A stretch of 63,270 nucleotides of DNA, the filler included, from Craspedostauros australis (taxonomy: Eukaryota), in the NCBI GenBank assembly GCA_030167865.1. It is 11 parts of 11 records of this genome, joined end to end, with 100 filler letters (N's around TTAATTAATTAA, not from the genome) between each part and the next. Parts side by side here need not be neighbours in the genome. Positions count along the whole stretch, not along the records: positions 18,606 to 49,805 come from JALAGF010002453.1; 10 more parts are not named here. One strand, 5' to 3'. The notes under the pieces were generated by a model, which worked only from the letters and a program-made list of their open reading frames with translations, searched no databases and had not been told where the DNA came from. This document shows positions 21,737 to 34,985 of the stretch, piece by piece (position 1 is the stretch's first letter; the number at the start of each line of letters is the position of its first letter). A program made the position numbers and the translations under genes.

Positions 21737-23917
21737 TTACTGCACGTCATTGAGCCGGTCGTGGAGCTGTTCGATGTCAGAGCGATCAACCCGCTCGGTG
21801 AGCTGGAACATGGCAATAGCCTTGGACATTGCGACATGGCCATGAAAGTCAATGGCCACAAAGGAGTCCATGGCACCATGACAGCGCAAGACAGCCCAAA
21901 GCACCTTGGCTTTGCTGCCCAGGCTGGCCATGTCATCAGCAACCAGGCTCGCCTCTGCCCGCACCTGGGCCATCTCCTTGAAGACTGCAGCCACACACCA
22001 ACCGACCAGCTGCCATGCAGAATCAGGCTGGGAATGGGAGGTGCCAACAAGGTCCAGATAGAAACCTTGAATGAACATCAGCAGGCTTGCCCAATGATTC
22101 TTGCAGGCAGAGCACAGGAGGCTTCCAAGGGCCTGCTCTGTAGTGCTCATGCTGTGATGAAGTCCGCCACGGATTCCCTGCAGGTAGTTGCAAAAGGAGG
22201 TGCTGAGGACGGTTCAGTAGGACGGGTTCCCAAATTCCCAGGCATCCCAGCTAGGAGCGGCTGCCATCTCTTTGTCATGAGGCGGGAGCTCACCCTTGCC
22301 ATTTGACGCAAAGAGCGACACTGGCCAGTCATTCCCCATGGCAGCTGCCAGGTCAAGCTCAGGAACGGTTGCAGAGATATGCTGAGCGGAGTAGCCTTCA
22401 TCGGCACGATCCTTGCCAGTCTTGTTGGACTTGGAGTGCATTGAAACCAGAACGGAGAACATGTCCCAGAACTGGCCAACAGATGAGACATTCTCATCCT
22501 CCAGCCACTTGTGAACGTCTTGGTATGATGAGAATGTCCGACCCCTGACAGAGTACACATGCTCGGCCTGACACCAAATGGCGTCATTGAGCTTGTGTTC
22601 GACAGAGAGCAAGCGAGCTGCAGTGTCCACACCTCCCCCAGAAGAAGCAGCAGCAGAGGCCACCTGCCGCTCTTCGATCTCGCGCATGCGCCGCTCGACG
22701 GCCACATTCACTAGGCGCTCGATCCGAGCGACGTCAGCTGCTCCAGAGGAAGCACCGAAAGAGCAAGAGGTGAAAAGGCTGGAGCAAATGGCAGGAGAGG
22801 AAGAGCGCTCAAGGTCCTCCACGTGACAGTTGATGTTGGTGTAGGAGGTCTTGTAGTGCTTGGCCAGGTCCTCTGTGCCACTCTTGAACTCATGAAGCTC
22901 AACAGACCATTGGCGCAAAAATGAGAGCGCATCGGTCCGCTCCAACTCGATCAGCCTCCCGTTGGTGAAGGCGATTGATTCATGCAGACCATTGACTTGT
23001 TCCACAAGGGTCTTGTCAGCACTGGCACCATCGCCAATGCATGCTGCCAACAGCTGGTCTTGGTGATGCAGCCCCTTGGCATGCTTGAGGACGGCCTTGA
23101 CGGACTGGATGAGGACGTCCAGCTGTGTGTTGTGCAGCTGGCGGATGCTCTGCAGAACAGACTCCACTGCAATCAAGTTGGTGCAGATGGTATCCCATTC
23201 CTCAATCATGGCAGCAACAGCACTAGATGAAGCAGGTGCCTCATCAGGATTTGCAATGATCACCTCAGAAGCAAGGGTGACAAGCTTGCTGAGGGGCTCC
23301 AAGACTGGACCATCGGTGCTGGCAGGATTGTCGCGAGGCGATGTGAGAGGAAGAAGAACTGCGCGTGGTGATGCGAGGTCCTGAGCCTCCTCGAACTCGT
23401 CAACAGCCACCGTCAGCGACGCCACATCTGGCTTGGTACTATGACGGCCTCCAATGACGCTCGCGAAGTAGGCGCGCCACAAATCCGGTGCCTGCTCCTT
23501 GGAGAGTAGCTCCGAATGAGAGGTGGAGGAAGAGAGAAAATCAGGCGCAAGCGATGGCTCAAAGCGAGCCTGATCCACCTTGCCAGTGCGAATGTAAAAG
23601 CGCTGCACCACAAGCCCCACTGGATGCAGCCGATGACTCGCAACACTGCAGGTTGAGCGCGCGCGAGCGCAGAAGCGCACTGGGGCCTTGGCGCCCGGGC
23701 CCCCAATGATGCCGCCGCAGACCTCTGATACAGACCCAACCCACAACAACCACACCTTCACAGGACCAACCCCCCTCGTCGGAGAAGCCACAGAGGGCGC
23801 CGACAGAAACCCACCCGAGTCAGAGCCAGAAACAGACGCGCCGCCACCACCGGAAGCCGCCGGAGAAGAAGCACTGGAAGAGGGAGGAAGACCACCAAAG
23901 TCAAAAGCAGACGCCAT
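21737..23917 (-). pseudogene. Gag-like ORF1 of that element (567-aa ORF plus a continuation at 21737-22150)
   Basis: N-terminal Cys/His cluster VCGGIIG...RFCARARSTCSVASH, coiled-coil-like middle, position upstream of the pol-like frame, interrupted by stops or a frameshift. Confidence 0.6.
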
Positions 23918-24018
23918 CGCGGAGCAAGGAAGAAGGCAGGAGAGAGGGAGGAAAAGAAAAAGGAACCATGCGCTGCAAGGGAGCGTACTCGATGATCAAC
24001 CACGCGTAGCGCTTGTTT

Positions 24019-24058
24019 GTGGTGTGTGGTGTGTGGTGTGTGGTGTGTGGTGTGTGTG
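24019..24058. repeat. (TGGTGTG)n heptamer microsatellite in the leader of the retroelement
   Basis: GTGGTGTGTGGTGTGTGGTGTGTGGTGTGTGGTGTGTGTG. Confidence 0.85.
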
Positions 24059-25020
24059 AAGATGCTGATGTTGTGAGCACACAAACTTCGTGTTGCTCTT
24101 CCTGCACTTGGTTGCTGTCTAGGCGTGGTGCGCAGACAGAGGGCTCATGTCAAGTTTCGCGAACTCCTTTGACACCACCTGACAACGTCGCGTCATTTTG
24201 CTGATTTTGGATCTTTTTGTGACACCTGGCACGTTCCTGGTGTCGTACGTTGTCTTTTGCCTAAGCTGGTTCGACTTGGACTGGTCGGGTCCTGCTTACG
24301 TCATGCCTGCTTGGTTGAGACACGATTGGGACCGTAAATCCACAAATCTCTATAAGAATTGAAATAAGACCTTTCAGCACTATCGGGCTCAACTAAGCAT
24401 CTTACAGTTTTATCGAGATTGATGAAATTTGAGTGGTTCGGTTGAAAGCCCTGTATGTTTCCACCCCTACGGGACTGATTGCAGGTCCTGTGACTCAAGT
24501 GTGTCAAACCAAACCATGAACTTCGATCCACGAGTGTTCGCAGACCCGAACGTCCGGCGAACGTATGAGTCACGAATGTATGTGCATGTCTGGCTGGATG
24601 GCTGTGTGCAAATACCTGTCTGTCTGTCTGTATATATGCACACATGGATGTTTGTGCTCTCGAGCATGTCTGTTGGTGTGTACACAACTGCCCAAAGACG
24701 ACACAACGCGGGATGAAGGTACGGCGAAGCGCCACACACCAACGGAGGAAGCAGCAAACATGGGATGGCGCTGTTCGCACCTGCTTTCATTTAGAATCCC
24801 ATTCTTTCATCCAACACGATAGGAGTGGAGTGGACTTGCACACTATACTTGAGGAGAGTAGATCATTAACTGTCTCGATGGCTTGGTTTGTCGGCTTGGC
24901 ATTCTGGTTCGGAAGTGATGGCACACATACACGTTATGCTTCTACTGCACTACTATACTGTGTCAATGGCATGGCCATGGCCACAGTCACGGCCATGATG
25001 AGACTGGGCTCGTATGTACT

Positions 25021-28000
25021 CTACATCCATGGCGCGTCTCTGTCTCCTCCTCTGGAATTCACGGTGGCATGCCCGTTGCCATCCATTCCGACATTCCCAT
25101 TGACATTCCCGTTCGCGCTGCCAAGACCTTCAGCGCCAACCGTGTGCAGCAACCTCGTGTTATTGCTCCCTCTGGGAGTCAGCAGTGTCGACGACCCCCC
25201 AGGCGCTGATGACAAGAGGCGCAGATCGGCCTGGATCTGAGCCTTCAATGACTGCACCTCTTCGTTCTCATTCTCGTTCTGTCCCATTCCACCTCCGCCT
25301 TCACCGCCTTGTCTGCCGCCCAAAACCTCCACCACATCCAGCGCTTGCTCCAGCACATTGCGTCGCCGATCAGCATGTTCTGGCTGCGCGGCATAGACTC
25401 GGCTCAGCTTGTAGTAGACCACAGCCTTGGCACGCAGACGCGCTGGGTCGTCAGCGGGCGTAGAAGAGTCGTTGGCAAAGCGGTTCAGGATGTCGTGGTA
25501 GTAGCGGCTGGCATGGGCTGGGTGGTTGGATGCCACGCAGGATTCGGCCAAACTGTCGAGTGTCGACAGCACGGTCGCGTGGTGTGCTCCAAGCACCTTC
25601 TCCTGCAACGTCAGCGCCTCCCTCAAAACCAGGGCGGCCTTTTCGTGCATTTCGCGGTTCTTGTACAGATACCCCAAATTGCACAACGTCGTTGCTGCGC
25701 CGAACAGGATCGGACCATTGTCCGGTTCATGAGCGAGAGCGTTACGCTGGATATCGAGCGCCGCCTCGAAGGCGCGACGTGCCTCGCGCAGCTCCTGGAA
25801 CTCGACGTGCACGCAACCGATATTGTTGTAAATGCGTGCGGTGGAGGGATGTAAGGCACCCAGCGCCTCCTTGCGCACCGAAAGCGCCTCACGGAAGATC
25901 CAAAGCGAATCCCCGAAGCGTTGCAGCAGAAGCAACGTGATCCCAACTTTCACCAATGAAACCGCAACCTGAGGGTGATCGCGACCCAGCGCTTCCTTGC
26001 GGATGCGGACTGCCTCTTCGAATGCTTGCAATGCCTCGTAATGCCGCTGCAGCCGCAGACTTCCGATGCCAACGTTGTGCAACGCCGCACCAACGTGCGC
26101 ATGTGATGCGCCATGGGTGCGCTTCTGGCAGTCCAGGATGAGTTGGAACAATTCCAAAGCATCTTCGAAGCGTCCCTGCTTCAGGTACCGTGAAGCACCT
26201 GCGTGCAAATTATGCATGTACATTTCCGGTTGCTGCTTCATCTCCTCAAGCACAAGGCCGCCGTTCAACAGGGGAGGTGGCCAATCTCCACCAAGGGGTG
26301 CTAATCCATCGTCGTTGGCATGTTCCTCCGTGTACCGCTGTGCGGTTGGGCTTGATTTGGCCCCCTTGATGTGCATAGTCGTCTTCTTTTTGTTGCTGTT
26401 GCTCATCGGGGTTGTGGGGGCAGATCGGCTCAATGATGAATTCGCGGGCGTTTGTGCAGAAGTCTCATTGATGCTCCTGCTCATGTCGCTGATTCCCTGG
26501 GCGACATTCAGCATGTTGCCGCCATCCCTTCCATTGCCTCGCGTCCCCGGCGATTCCAAGTACTCCGAATGAGCCGCAAGGATTGCCTTCGCACGGAACA
26601 TGACAGCCAATCGCTCCTTGTCCCTCTTGCGTTCTTCCTCATCCATGTCATCATCGTCGTCATCGTCATCATCGTCGTCGTCGTCTCCTTCATCAATCGC
26701 GCCCCCCATGTACCTTCGTCTGATGTTGTTCTCCCTTTGGAATTGATCTCGTAGACTCGCGATGGAATCAGTGATGTCGGATGTGTCCAGCACAGATTCC
26801 GATCCTGCGATGAACACATCTGGGTCTTCATTTCGGTCCATTCCATTCCGCTGCATTCGGTTTCTGACACCTTGCACACCACTGCCACCTTGAGGCGCTG
26901 TTTGTTGGTACGGTGATGGCAAAACAACCATTATCTGCGGTGTCGCTGTGTCCGATAATGTCCGGTTGTTCGTTCCGCCTGCTGCTGCATGTGCGCTACC
27001 GGGCTTGACGGCATTGTCGCGAAGCCGCTTGTTGTCAATCTTCTCCAAATTGGATGCGCTAAGCAGACAGGATTCCTCGGCTTCGTAAGCGAATCGCTGG
27101 GAGTTAGTTCCCGCTGCTCCCCTCGGCGTGCTGGCCAGCAGCCCCGGAACACCCTTGGAGGATGGTGTGCCTGAGCGTCGGTTGCTGGTGAAAAGGTCCT
27201 TCATCACGGGATCATTGTCCATGACATCACCGTTTGATTTCGAGGCAATCAGCTTTGACTTTTTGTTGGTTGCGGATGACGCCGCGAGATTGGGCACATG
27301 ATGCGTCGCCATGACGACCTTGGTCGCAGTTGATTTGGTATCGTTCTGCCCTGTTGTGGCTTGTGTTGCTGGTTGTCTCACCTTGCCGCTTTGGTTTTGG
27401 TTCGTCAACGATGGCAAGGTGAGCACAGTCTTGGCGGACGATGCATTGTGCTGACGTGTGTCGATACTTCTCCCTTGTTGCTGTTGCTGCTTCTGTTGTT
27501 GCCGTTGTGGCTGTTGCTGCCGACGGGATGGCGCGTCAGCCGAGGGCGAAGGTCGCTGTGCATTCTTTGTCGTGGCTTGACCGGTGCGGCTTACATGTTG
27601 AAGAGGGCTAGCTGTGTCGAACGATGCTCGTGGAGTCCACGAGTAGGCAATGGGCTGTGGCGAAGTTGCATTCGACGTTGACTGCATCTTCACCGATGTG
27701 GGGGATGCCGACATGTTCCGTGATGTTGCCACACGCCCAGGGCTTTGCGTTGGTGCTGGTGTCGCCAACGAGGAAGCCCCATTCGATACCAACGGAGATC
27801 CTTGCTTCTTGTTTCCAGGCGGCAACGGAATCGACCTCACCATGTCGTGCAGCGATCGTACCTGCTGCACGAGCGGGTCTTGCGATCCCAGCACCTTTGT
27901 TCGGATCTGCAGCATGGCGATAGCCGTCGTGATAAGGGTGCGAGTGCACATGCATGTTGGCGTGGGCATGGCAAACAGGGCAACAGTGGGGAGAGGAGAG

Positions 28001-31000
28001 GGATGAGGATGGGTGAGGTGGTGGGACTATGATTATGAAGGGTCAAGATAACCTCTCACTACAACGCAATACGCAATTGCGCTTGGCATACATGCGCATC
28101 GGCATTGATGAAGGCACGTAGCCCAACATCGGGGATTGTGTATATACGCACGCGTACGCAGGTCCAACCGTGATGCATTCCACAACGGTGCGCCTAGTTG
28201 CAGGAGCCCGCAGGTGAGCGCATATGACGCTGGCACTGTACCCGTATCGTCGCAAGACACTCATTGATGGCACATGACATACTTGGACGGAACTGCAGAC
28301 AGATTCGCTTTCGTGTGGCTGAAGTAACGCCATGCACTACAAAACGCATCACTTCATGACTTCATCGATCGTCACTCACCTCCAATGCTTCCAAAAATGA
28401 CGTCTCGGCGTCCTGCGCATGTCGCGCATCAGGGCCTTGCCGTCGGATCCATTCCAAGCACAAGCCGCCCACGTTGCACAGCGTGTCCGCCAATTCCAGA
28501 TGCTGCGTCGTCGTGGCATTTGCATCGGTTGCATTCGCCAAGTTGGCGCGTTGCACGTTGAGCGCTTGCTGCAGAGAATCACGACCAGGCAGGAATTCTC
28601 CCAGATGCATCTGGCAGACCCCCAGGTTGTTGTAGAGATTGGCGACGAGCCCATGGTTCTTGCCGTAATGTTGGATGCGGATGCGCAGTGCTTCTTGGAA
28701 CGTGGTGATGGCATGCTCATATTGTCTGGCTTGCAGCAGGAGGAAGCCGATGCGGACCAGACTCACGGCCACGTTGGGATGATCCGGGCCCAGGTCAGGC
28801 GCATCGCGTGCGCTGCGTGCTGCAGCCTGAAAGCAAAGCAATGCCTGTTCCTGACAGTGCCGCTGGTGCACGGTGTGTTCCATCAGCAACGAGGCGCGTT
28901 TGGAATGCACGGTGCCAAGATTGTGGTATGCGGATGCCACGAGAGGATGCGCCTCCGTCTTGTACTGCTTCTTGTAGACCTTGAGGACCTGCGCGAACGC
29001 GTGCAGGGCCATGTCATACTCACCGGCCAGGACATGCTCCATTGCCATGGCGTTGATGCCCTGCACGTTGTCGGATGCCTCCACGAAGGAAGAATCATCC
29101 GTATCCACCGGCGCGGACCGCCGTGTGGCGGAAGATGCAGAGGCGGACGATTGCGAGGCCTGTGCTGACCTGGCAGACTTTGTCGATTTGACTGATCTGG
29201 CAGGTGTGGAAGCGCCTGATTGCAGTTGTTGTGTTGGTGTCGATGCTGCGGGTGAGGCCGCCGCAACCTCGCTCGCGGTGGGGACGAACAGGTTGTTGGC
29301 ATTCCTGCTCGTGGTGCTTTTGGCAGGTGTGCCGTGCACGTAGGCATTTGCATTTGTGTCTGCATCCATGTTGGTGCCGCTCTCGCCATTGGCCAAGAGG
29401 GCGGCCTGTTGCGACGGTACGAATTGATACATCTTGGTGTTGGACTTGGTGCTGCTGCTGCGGCTGCTTCCGCTGGTGCTGTGGCTGCCGTTCTTGTGAT
29501 TGGACATGATGAGGGGCACCATGGGATCCGTGTCGACTTTCTTCTCGTCATCGAACGATCGCATGGCAACACCAGCGTTCCTGTCGTGACTGCCGCTGCC
29601 AACGTTGTCGTTGTCGTCGTACGAATTGGAATTTGTGGAATCATCGTCATCTTCATCATCCTGCAATCCTTGATAAACGTTGTCCGCCGCACCCAGCTGC
29701 GACAGGGTCATGCCGGAGGGATGTGACAACGGCGAAATGGTGGCATTGGATGACATCTTGTTCTGCTGTCGCCGGTACGTGTTGTGTTGCTTTTTGGTTG
29801 CCGATTTTGACTTCTTCGTGCTGTGCGGTTGTCTTTTGGAAGCAGCAACGTCTGATGCAGTGGGGGTCGTGGCCGATCGTCCCGGAGGCTGTTGCCCCCT
29901 TCGGTTTGGATTGTTGGTGGGCGTGGTGACCGAAGAACCTGTGCCATCTCGCGTGCGCTGAAATCTGGACTGCACCGCCTGCTGCGGTGAGATGAGAGGG
30001 GTGGAGACGAGGGAATGCGATCGGTCGTTGGGACGGTCCGTGACGGAGATGTCCTGTATCCATTCCTTCCATTCTTCATCGTCGTCGGAAGATGAGGAGG
30101 AGGACATTTTGGTTTTCGTGAGGCTGCTGATGGTGGTGCCGTCGTTGAAGTCGTGGTTCGATTGCGTGTTGATGGCGGGCAGAGGATGGTTGCGGTTGGT
30201 TCCGTATCTTTGTCTGCCAACGTTTGCGGTAGATCGGCTATTTGGTTTGCCTGCGACCTGTCTGTTCTGTCCAGCTCTTGCCATGCGTGCATTTGCGTTT
30301 GCATTCCTCTTTGCATTCAAATTGGCGTTGGATTCCGGTTTGGACGGCGGTGACGGCGCCCAAGCAGGCTGATCGGAAGGTCGAAAGAAGTTGCTGTTCG
30401 GATCATCATGCGTGGCAAAGAAGGGATCGCTGCCGTTGGCCGACGAGGCGAGACTGGGCGGCGTCGAGGCATTGCGTTTGCTGTTGGTGCCACGATGCTC
30501 GGTGGTATTCTCCTGCTCCTCGATGGGTGGCAACGCGACGGATCCCGGAGTGAATCGACCAAACGTCATGTTGGCCGGAGGCGTGGCCGCGGCGCTTTGT
30601 GGCTTGGCCTCCTGTCCACGCACACCGTGCGGTTCCATCTCTCCATCGTACACCTGCTTGCGGCGGCTGTTCTTTTCCCACTCCATGCGTTTGTGATGCG
30701 ACCGATCTGTCGGCGCCGGCATTTGAAGCAGCGAGCCGAATCCGTTCGTGCTGGCATTATTGGTGGCGCTGTTCGGGCGATTCGGGCTGCTCCCGCTTTG
30801 TGATGGCGGTTGCCTGCCTTCTCGGAATGCGTTGTTGGCCATGCGTGCTGGGCTGCTGGCCTTCCTCGCTGGTGCTTCGTTTGGCTCAACACCAGATTGG
30901 AAACCAGATTGGAAACCAGATTCGAAGGACGACGTGGACGCCGATGCAGCAGCTGATCTGGTGGGAGTGGAAGGATTGAGCCGCGGTGGGGTGCTGGAAC

Positions 31001-31493
31001 CAAAGCTGCTGCTCTGTGAGTGCCTTGACTGGTCGTCCATGATGGAATGCGGCATCCATAGCTGCGTCTGCGATTGGTTGGAGTTGGAGTCCAGGAGAGA
31101 GGAGAAGATGTGGTTCGATTGTTCGTCATCGTCGTCGATGCTCTGCGTCCCCTGCGATGCCAGAGAAGGGGAGGCCGCCAGAGCACCGGATGCTGCCCCT
31201 GCTTTCCTCGATCGAGGCGCTGACTTGGACTTGCTGTTCCTGCCCTTGTTGCCCTTGTTCTTGTGCCTGCCCTTGCCACCCTTGTTCTTCCCGAACGATG
31301 GCAGCACCAGGCAGGAACGCGAGGCTGGCGCAACCCCATCGTGAGGATCGTACCTGCTGCCTCTGTAGGTGGGCACGGAGCTGGCACCACGCGATCCCGA
31401 GGGTGGTGGCAAGGTGCTGATGCCCGATTGCTGGTACTGCGCTGGGATGTTGGATGGAGCGCCGGTTGGGGCGCCATTTGTGGGTGCAGGCAT
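25021..31493 (-). CDS. TPR-repeat protein (kinesin-light-chain/NPHP3-like long TPRs), two exons: 31493-28380 and 27906-25021, about 1999 aa
   Basis: Both ORFs carry HPxVAxxLxNxG-type repeats. GAG|GTGAGT at 28380/28379 and CTGCAG|ATC at 27907/27906 join in phase 0 to give FLEALE-IRTKVLGSQDPLV, completing a TPR. The rest is long disordered S/N/Q-rich sequence. Confidence 0.88.
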
Positions 31494-31521
31494 CTTCGCA
31501 GTCTATTCGTTCACTCCGATG

Positions 31522-31585
31522 CAATTCAACACCATTCAATGCAATTCAATGTGTTTCAATGCGTTTCAATTCAATGTGTTTCAAT
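31522..31585. repeat. Degenerate TTCAA(T) tandem repeat just upstream of the TPR gene start
   Basis: CAATTCAAC ACCATTCAAT GCAATTCAAT GTGTTTCAAT GCGTTTCAAT TCAATGTGTT TCAAT, about 10-nt period. Confidence 0.7.
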
Positions 31586-34500
31586 CGGTCTGGGGAGTTG
31601 TCGGCATGAACTCTTCGATCGTCTCTGATTTCGAAGATGTCAAAGACACTTTGTGATGCGTGATGCGTGATACGTGATGCGTACTCTGCGCACAAGTGTT
31701 GGCGCGGTTGCTGTCTCCGTTCAGGACTGTTGCAATGCGCTGTCCTCAACGTCTCCAGATGCGTCTTGTTCTTCTTCTTTCGGCACTATACTGTCCGTCG
31801 TGGGAGGATGGTCTCGATGCTCCTCGTTCTCCTTTCCCTTGCTTCCTTGCTTCCTTCCTCGATGAGTTGCTTGTGCTCGTACGGATGATGCCGTCCACCA
31901 CTTCAGGTCTCTGGGGTGCTGTCCTTGCAAATCAATCAATGAAGAAACCATGTGCCGCACACACACGCGCGACATGTGCGTCGTCGTTGCCGTTGCGGTT
32001 GTCGTGTGTTGCGTCTTTGGTTGGAAACTTCACCTCCAACCAACTCTTGTCAACGAACCAAGCCTTCCGAATTGCATCCACTCGATGGCGTGTCCGCGCA
32101 CGCACCGTCACACACACACATCGCGGTGAATACAACGCGGTGGTCTCGCTCTGAATTATTCATTCATCCTGTGTCAATACTTTTTATTATTTTGGCGGGC
32201 GACCGCATCGCTGGTCAGCCTCTATCCATATGTAATGCTGTCTGTAAATAACGTCAATAACGTCAACTATTGAAAAAGTGTGTGTCCTCTTTGTTTGCGA
32301 CACGATTGATTCGCGTGATCTGGTTTACGATAGAAGCAATCAAACGAGTCAATGCAAGGTATTACCTGTGTCGAGGCGGGGTGATGGACGGACGGGATAC
32401 ATGATGAAGGGTGTGGGAGTAGAAGGATCGTGAACTGATCGATGTGCCGCACGTGCTGCGAGTGGCAAGAACGTATACCACCATAGCAGAGTGCTGGTGT
32501 AGAGTACGCGTAGGTACTACTATAATGCCATACGACCTAGAGCACGATACTCGTGGAGTAGGAACCGAGTTGCCTGGGAAAGGAGAGCGATACGTAGTAG
32601 AGGAGGCAAAGATATCGTTATATTCTAACACTACGTACAGAAGGGGAGGCACCAAATGATGACAAAGGCAAAGATCATGAGCCATGACGACGGCAAAGAC
32701 GAAGGCGAGCAGTTGTATTCTGCGCGTGCGCTGCTCGTAAATGTAGTTGGGATAGAAATGGCAACCGCAACGACAACGATTCCACACAAGGAAGCAGACA
32801 GAGAAACATGGACGAGACGATACGAGACGTGCCCAATCAATCACCAACCACGGTGGATTCTAGTCGTAGGACAGGAGCAGGATGCTTACTACTACCATGG
32901 CTCATCTCGGTACCTGGTAAACCATCACAATCACTCAGGCCACAACCATGCAGAGTCCTCTATCGTACTATTTTATGCGATCTATGGTGCTATGTGCCCA
33001 TGACCTGCCCCTTCACTCACCTCCAAGTGATCTGCACGATCAATGATCTACGATACCCTTTCTGCCCAGCTTCCCATTTCGCATCGACATGGGAAGGCGA
33101 TCGTGAACAGCCAAACCAGGGAGGTTCCTGGGGACCGCGAATTCTGTTTTCCGTTCGCGACTCAAGTTGGCGCAATGAAGACAAGGCAAAGGGAGTGAGG
33201 TGCCTTCGTTCGCAGCCATCCTGATCCACGATGATGCATCATGATACCACACGACGCAGCCCAACAATTGATGTTGTTCTCCGCCCGTAGGCGCACATTG
33301 ATGAAGCTGCTTCCAGGTGCTGGCTTCGTCACTCTGCGCGTGAATGGCTTCTCGCGGTTGCTACAATCATTTGTGCTGTTCCCACCGCCACGAGCATGAT
33401 TGGACCATGGCGTAATCGTGGCTTGGCATCAATCGCACACCAACATCACAGAGCGCGTGATGCACGTGCATTTCTATCAATACTTCGCTCGGTGCCATGC
33501 TCTGATTTCTTTCGCGACTGATGTGTCCTCAAAAAGACCCATCCTGCGAACTGGGAGAGGACGAATCGTGGACCCTGGGTGGTATTGCGCGGATAAGTCT
33601 TCAAGACCCAGCAAAGCGATCTGATCTGTCGCAACCGTTGACCGATTTGGCGTGCTTGCCATTCTATTATCCTGCTGCGTTCGAAACTCTGTGCGAGAGG
33701 ATCCGCTTTCCCTCTGGTTGTCTTGTCTTGTCGAACCCAGGATGTGAAGTGCCTGCCCAGTGTGCATCGCGATGCCTCAATACGATCTTCACGGTGCGGA
33801 CACAACCAGGAGCGACGGACGAGCCACGAGTGATGGTGTGGTCCTTCACTCTTTCCTCGTGCACAATCCCCAAGTGGGTACTTGTCGTCAAGATGGCCGG
33901 TCACCGTGGGTGGTTGATTTGGTGTAGTTGGAGGGGCAACCACGAACTGGTGCAATGGAAACGCCAAAACATCAATACACGAACACAGGGTGGCGTGTTC
34001 GTTGCTGGAAGTGACAATGACTTTGATATCTGTGACCGTTCACATCACCCCAAATCCCCGCATGCCACTTCTCGTGATAAATTAGAAAAGCGCGACCAGG
34101 AGTAGGCGAATGTCATGACTAAATGTACTTAGTAACACCGTGAGCAACAGACTAGTGCATGCAAGTGAAACCATGACAGGAGCTTTCCAGTCCTTTGTTT
34201 ATGTCACAACGAGTTCCGCCTCGTGGGGTTTGGCCATGGTTCCCTTGTTTTCATGTGTGTCGTTGTGCTCCGCAGCCTACTATACCTCGTACCAAAGTCA
34301 CGCTTCAATGATGATGCCGGTGATGGCACTGGTGATGACAGTGGTGATGACGCTGGTGATGGCAACAACATCTCGCCACCTTGGAGGGACTTTTTCTCAC
34401 TCCCCCAGAGAGGCGCCCTTCCTCGCTGGCCTTTGTTTGCCCCTCCCTCTTGTGCAGTTTGTCCAACCCAGCGAGACAGACGAGACCAGTGAGACAAACG

Positions 34501-34985
34501 AGACGAACAAGACAAACAAGACCAACGAAACGAAACGAAAGGAACAGCAGCCAATTCCGTCGGTTCCGCCGCTCTCCGTGGTTTCATTTCGCAGACAGGA
34601 CTTTGCTGTAGACATGTCACCCGGGCTCGTCTGTTTTGGTACCACCCAGAGAGACCGAGAGAGAAAGAGAGAGACAAGTCCAACTCAAGCTTGGCCTCTG
34701 CGTCTGCGAATCTTCACTCCTCCGTCGTTTCGCTCCCAAGCTCTCCTGGTTCCTTCCCTCTTGTTCCCATCCTGCTGTCCCTCGCACAACGCTGCCAATA
34801 AGTTCAACTCCATCATCAGGGGAGCAGGTCGAGCTCGCCAACACAAGCGGAGAGCACATCTACCTATCCTTCTCTGCTCTGTTCTCTTCATTCCATTCCA
34901 TTCATATTGTCGATCAAGATCGAGAACGAGGACGACAACGGGCTGATCACAGAGACACAAGGACGACAATCAAGCAAAGGAGACC

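Larger units (their letters stand above)
19347..24300 (-). mobile_element. Decayed, 3'-truncated retroelement of probable DIRS/Ngaro (tyrosine-recombinase) type: Gag-like ORF1, MTase-like region, RT
   Basis: RT motifs SSWWAWDDGSRPLFWRWP, SFFGVPKGTMDIQMVYD..ASGLN, DNDIGEMFLSF, MGLKSSRYQAVQ and NVFSWEHVRLNL match my recollection of a diatom DIRS/Ngaro-like family. The recombinase and RNase H are absent here, so the class is inferred and the boundaries are approximate. Confidence 0.7.

Noticed and set aside
21455..24282. 14-bp inverted match AGTCCAAGTCGAAC (21455-21468) / GTTCGACTTGGACT (24269-24282) as a DIRS internal complementary region
   Set aside because: Short enough to arise by chance within 5 kb, and it lies inside coding sequence rather than near the 3' end where such a region is expected.
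31750..34946. Short ORFs in intergenic stretches (for example 33521-34105, 34140-34946, and most of 40100-47500)
   Set aside because: No recognisable motifs, often non-ATG starts, and microsatellite-driven; consistent with chance ORFs.
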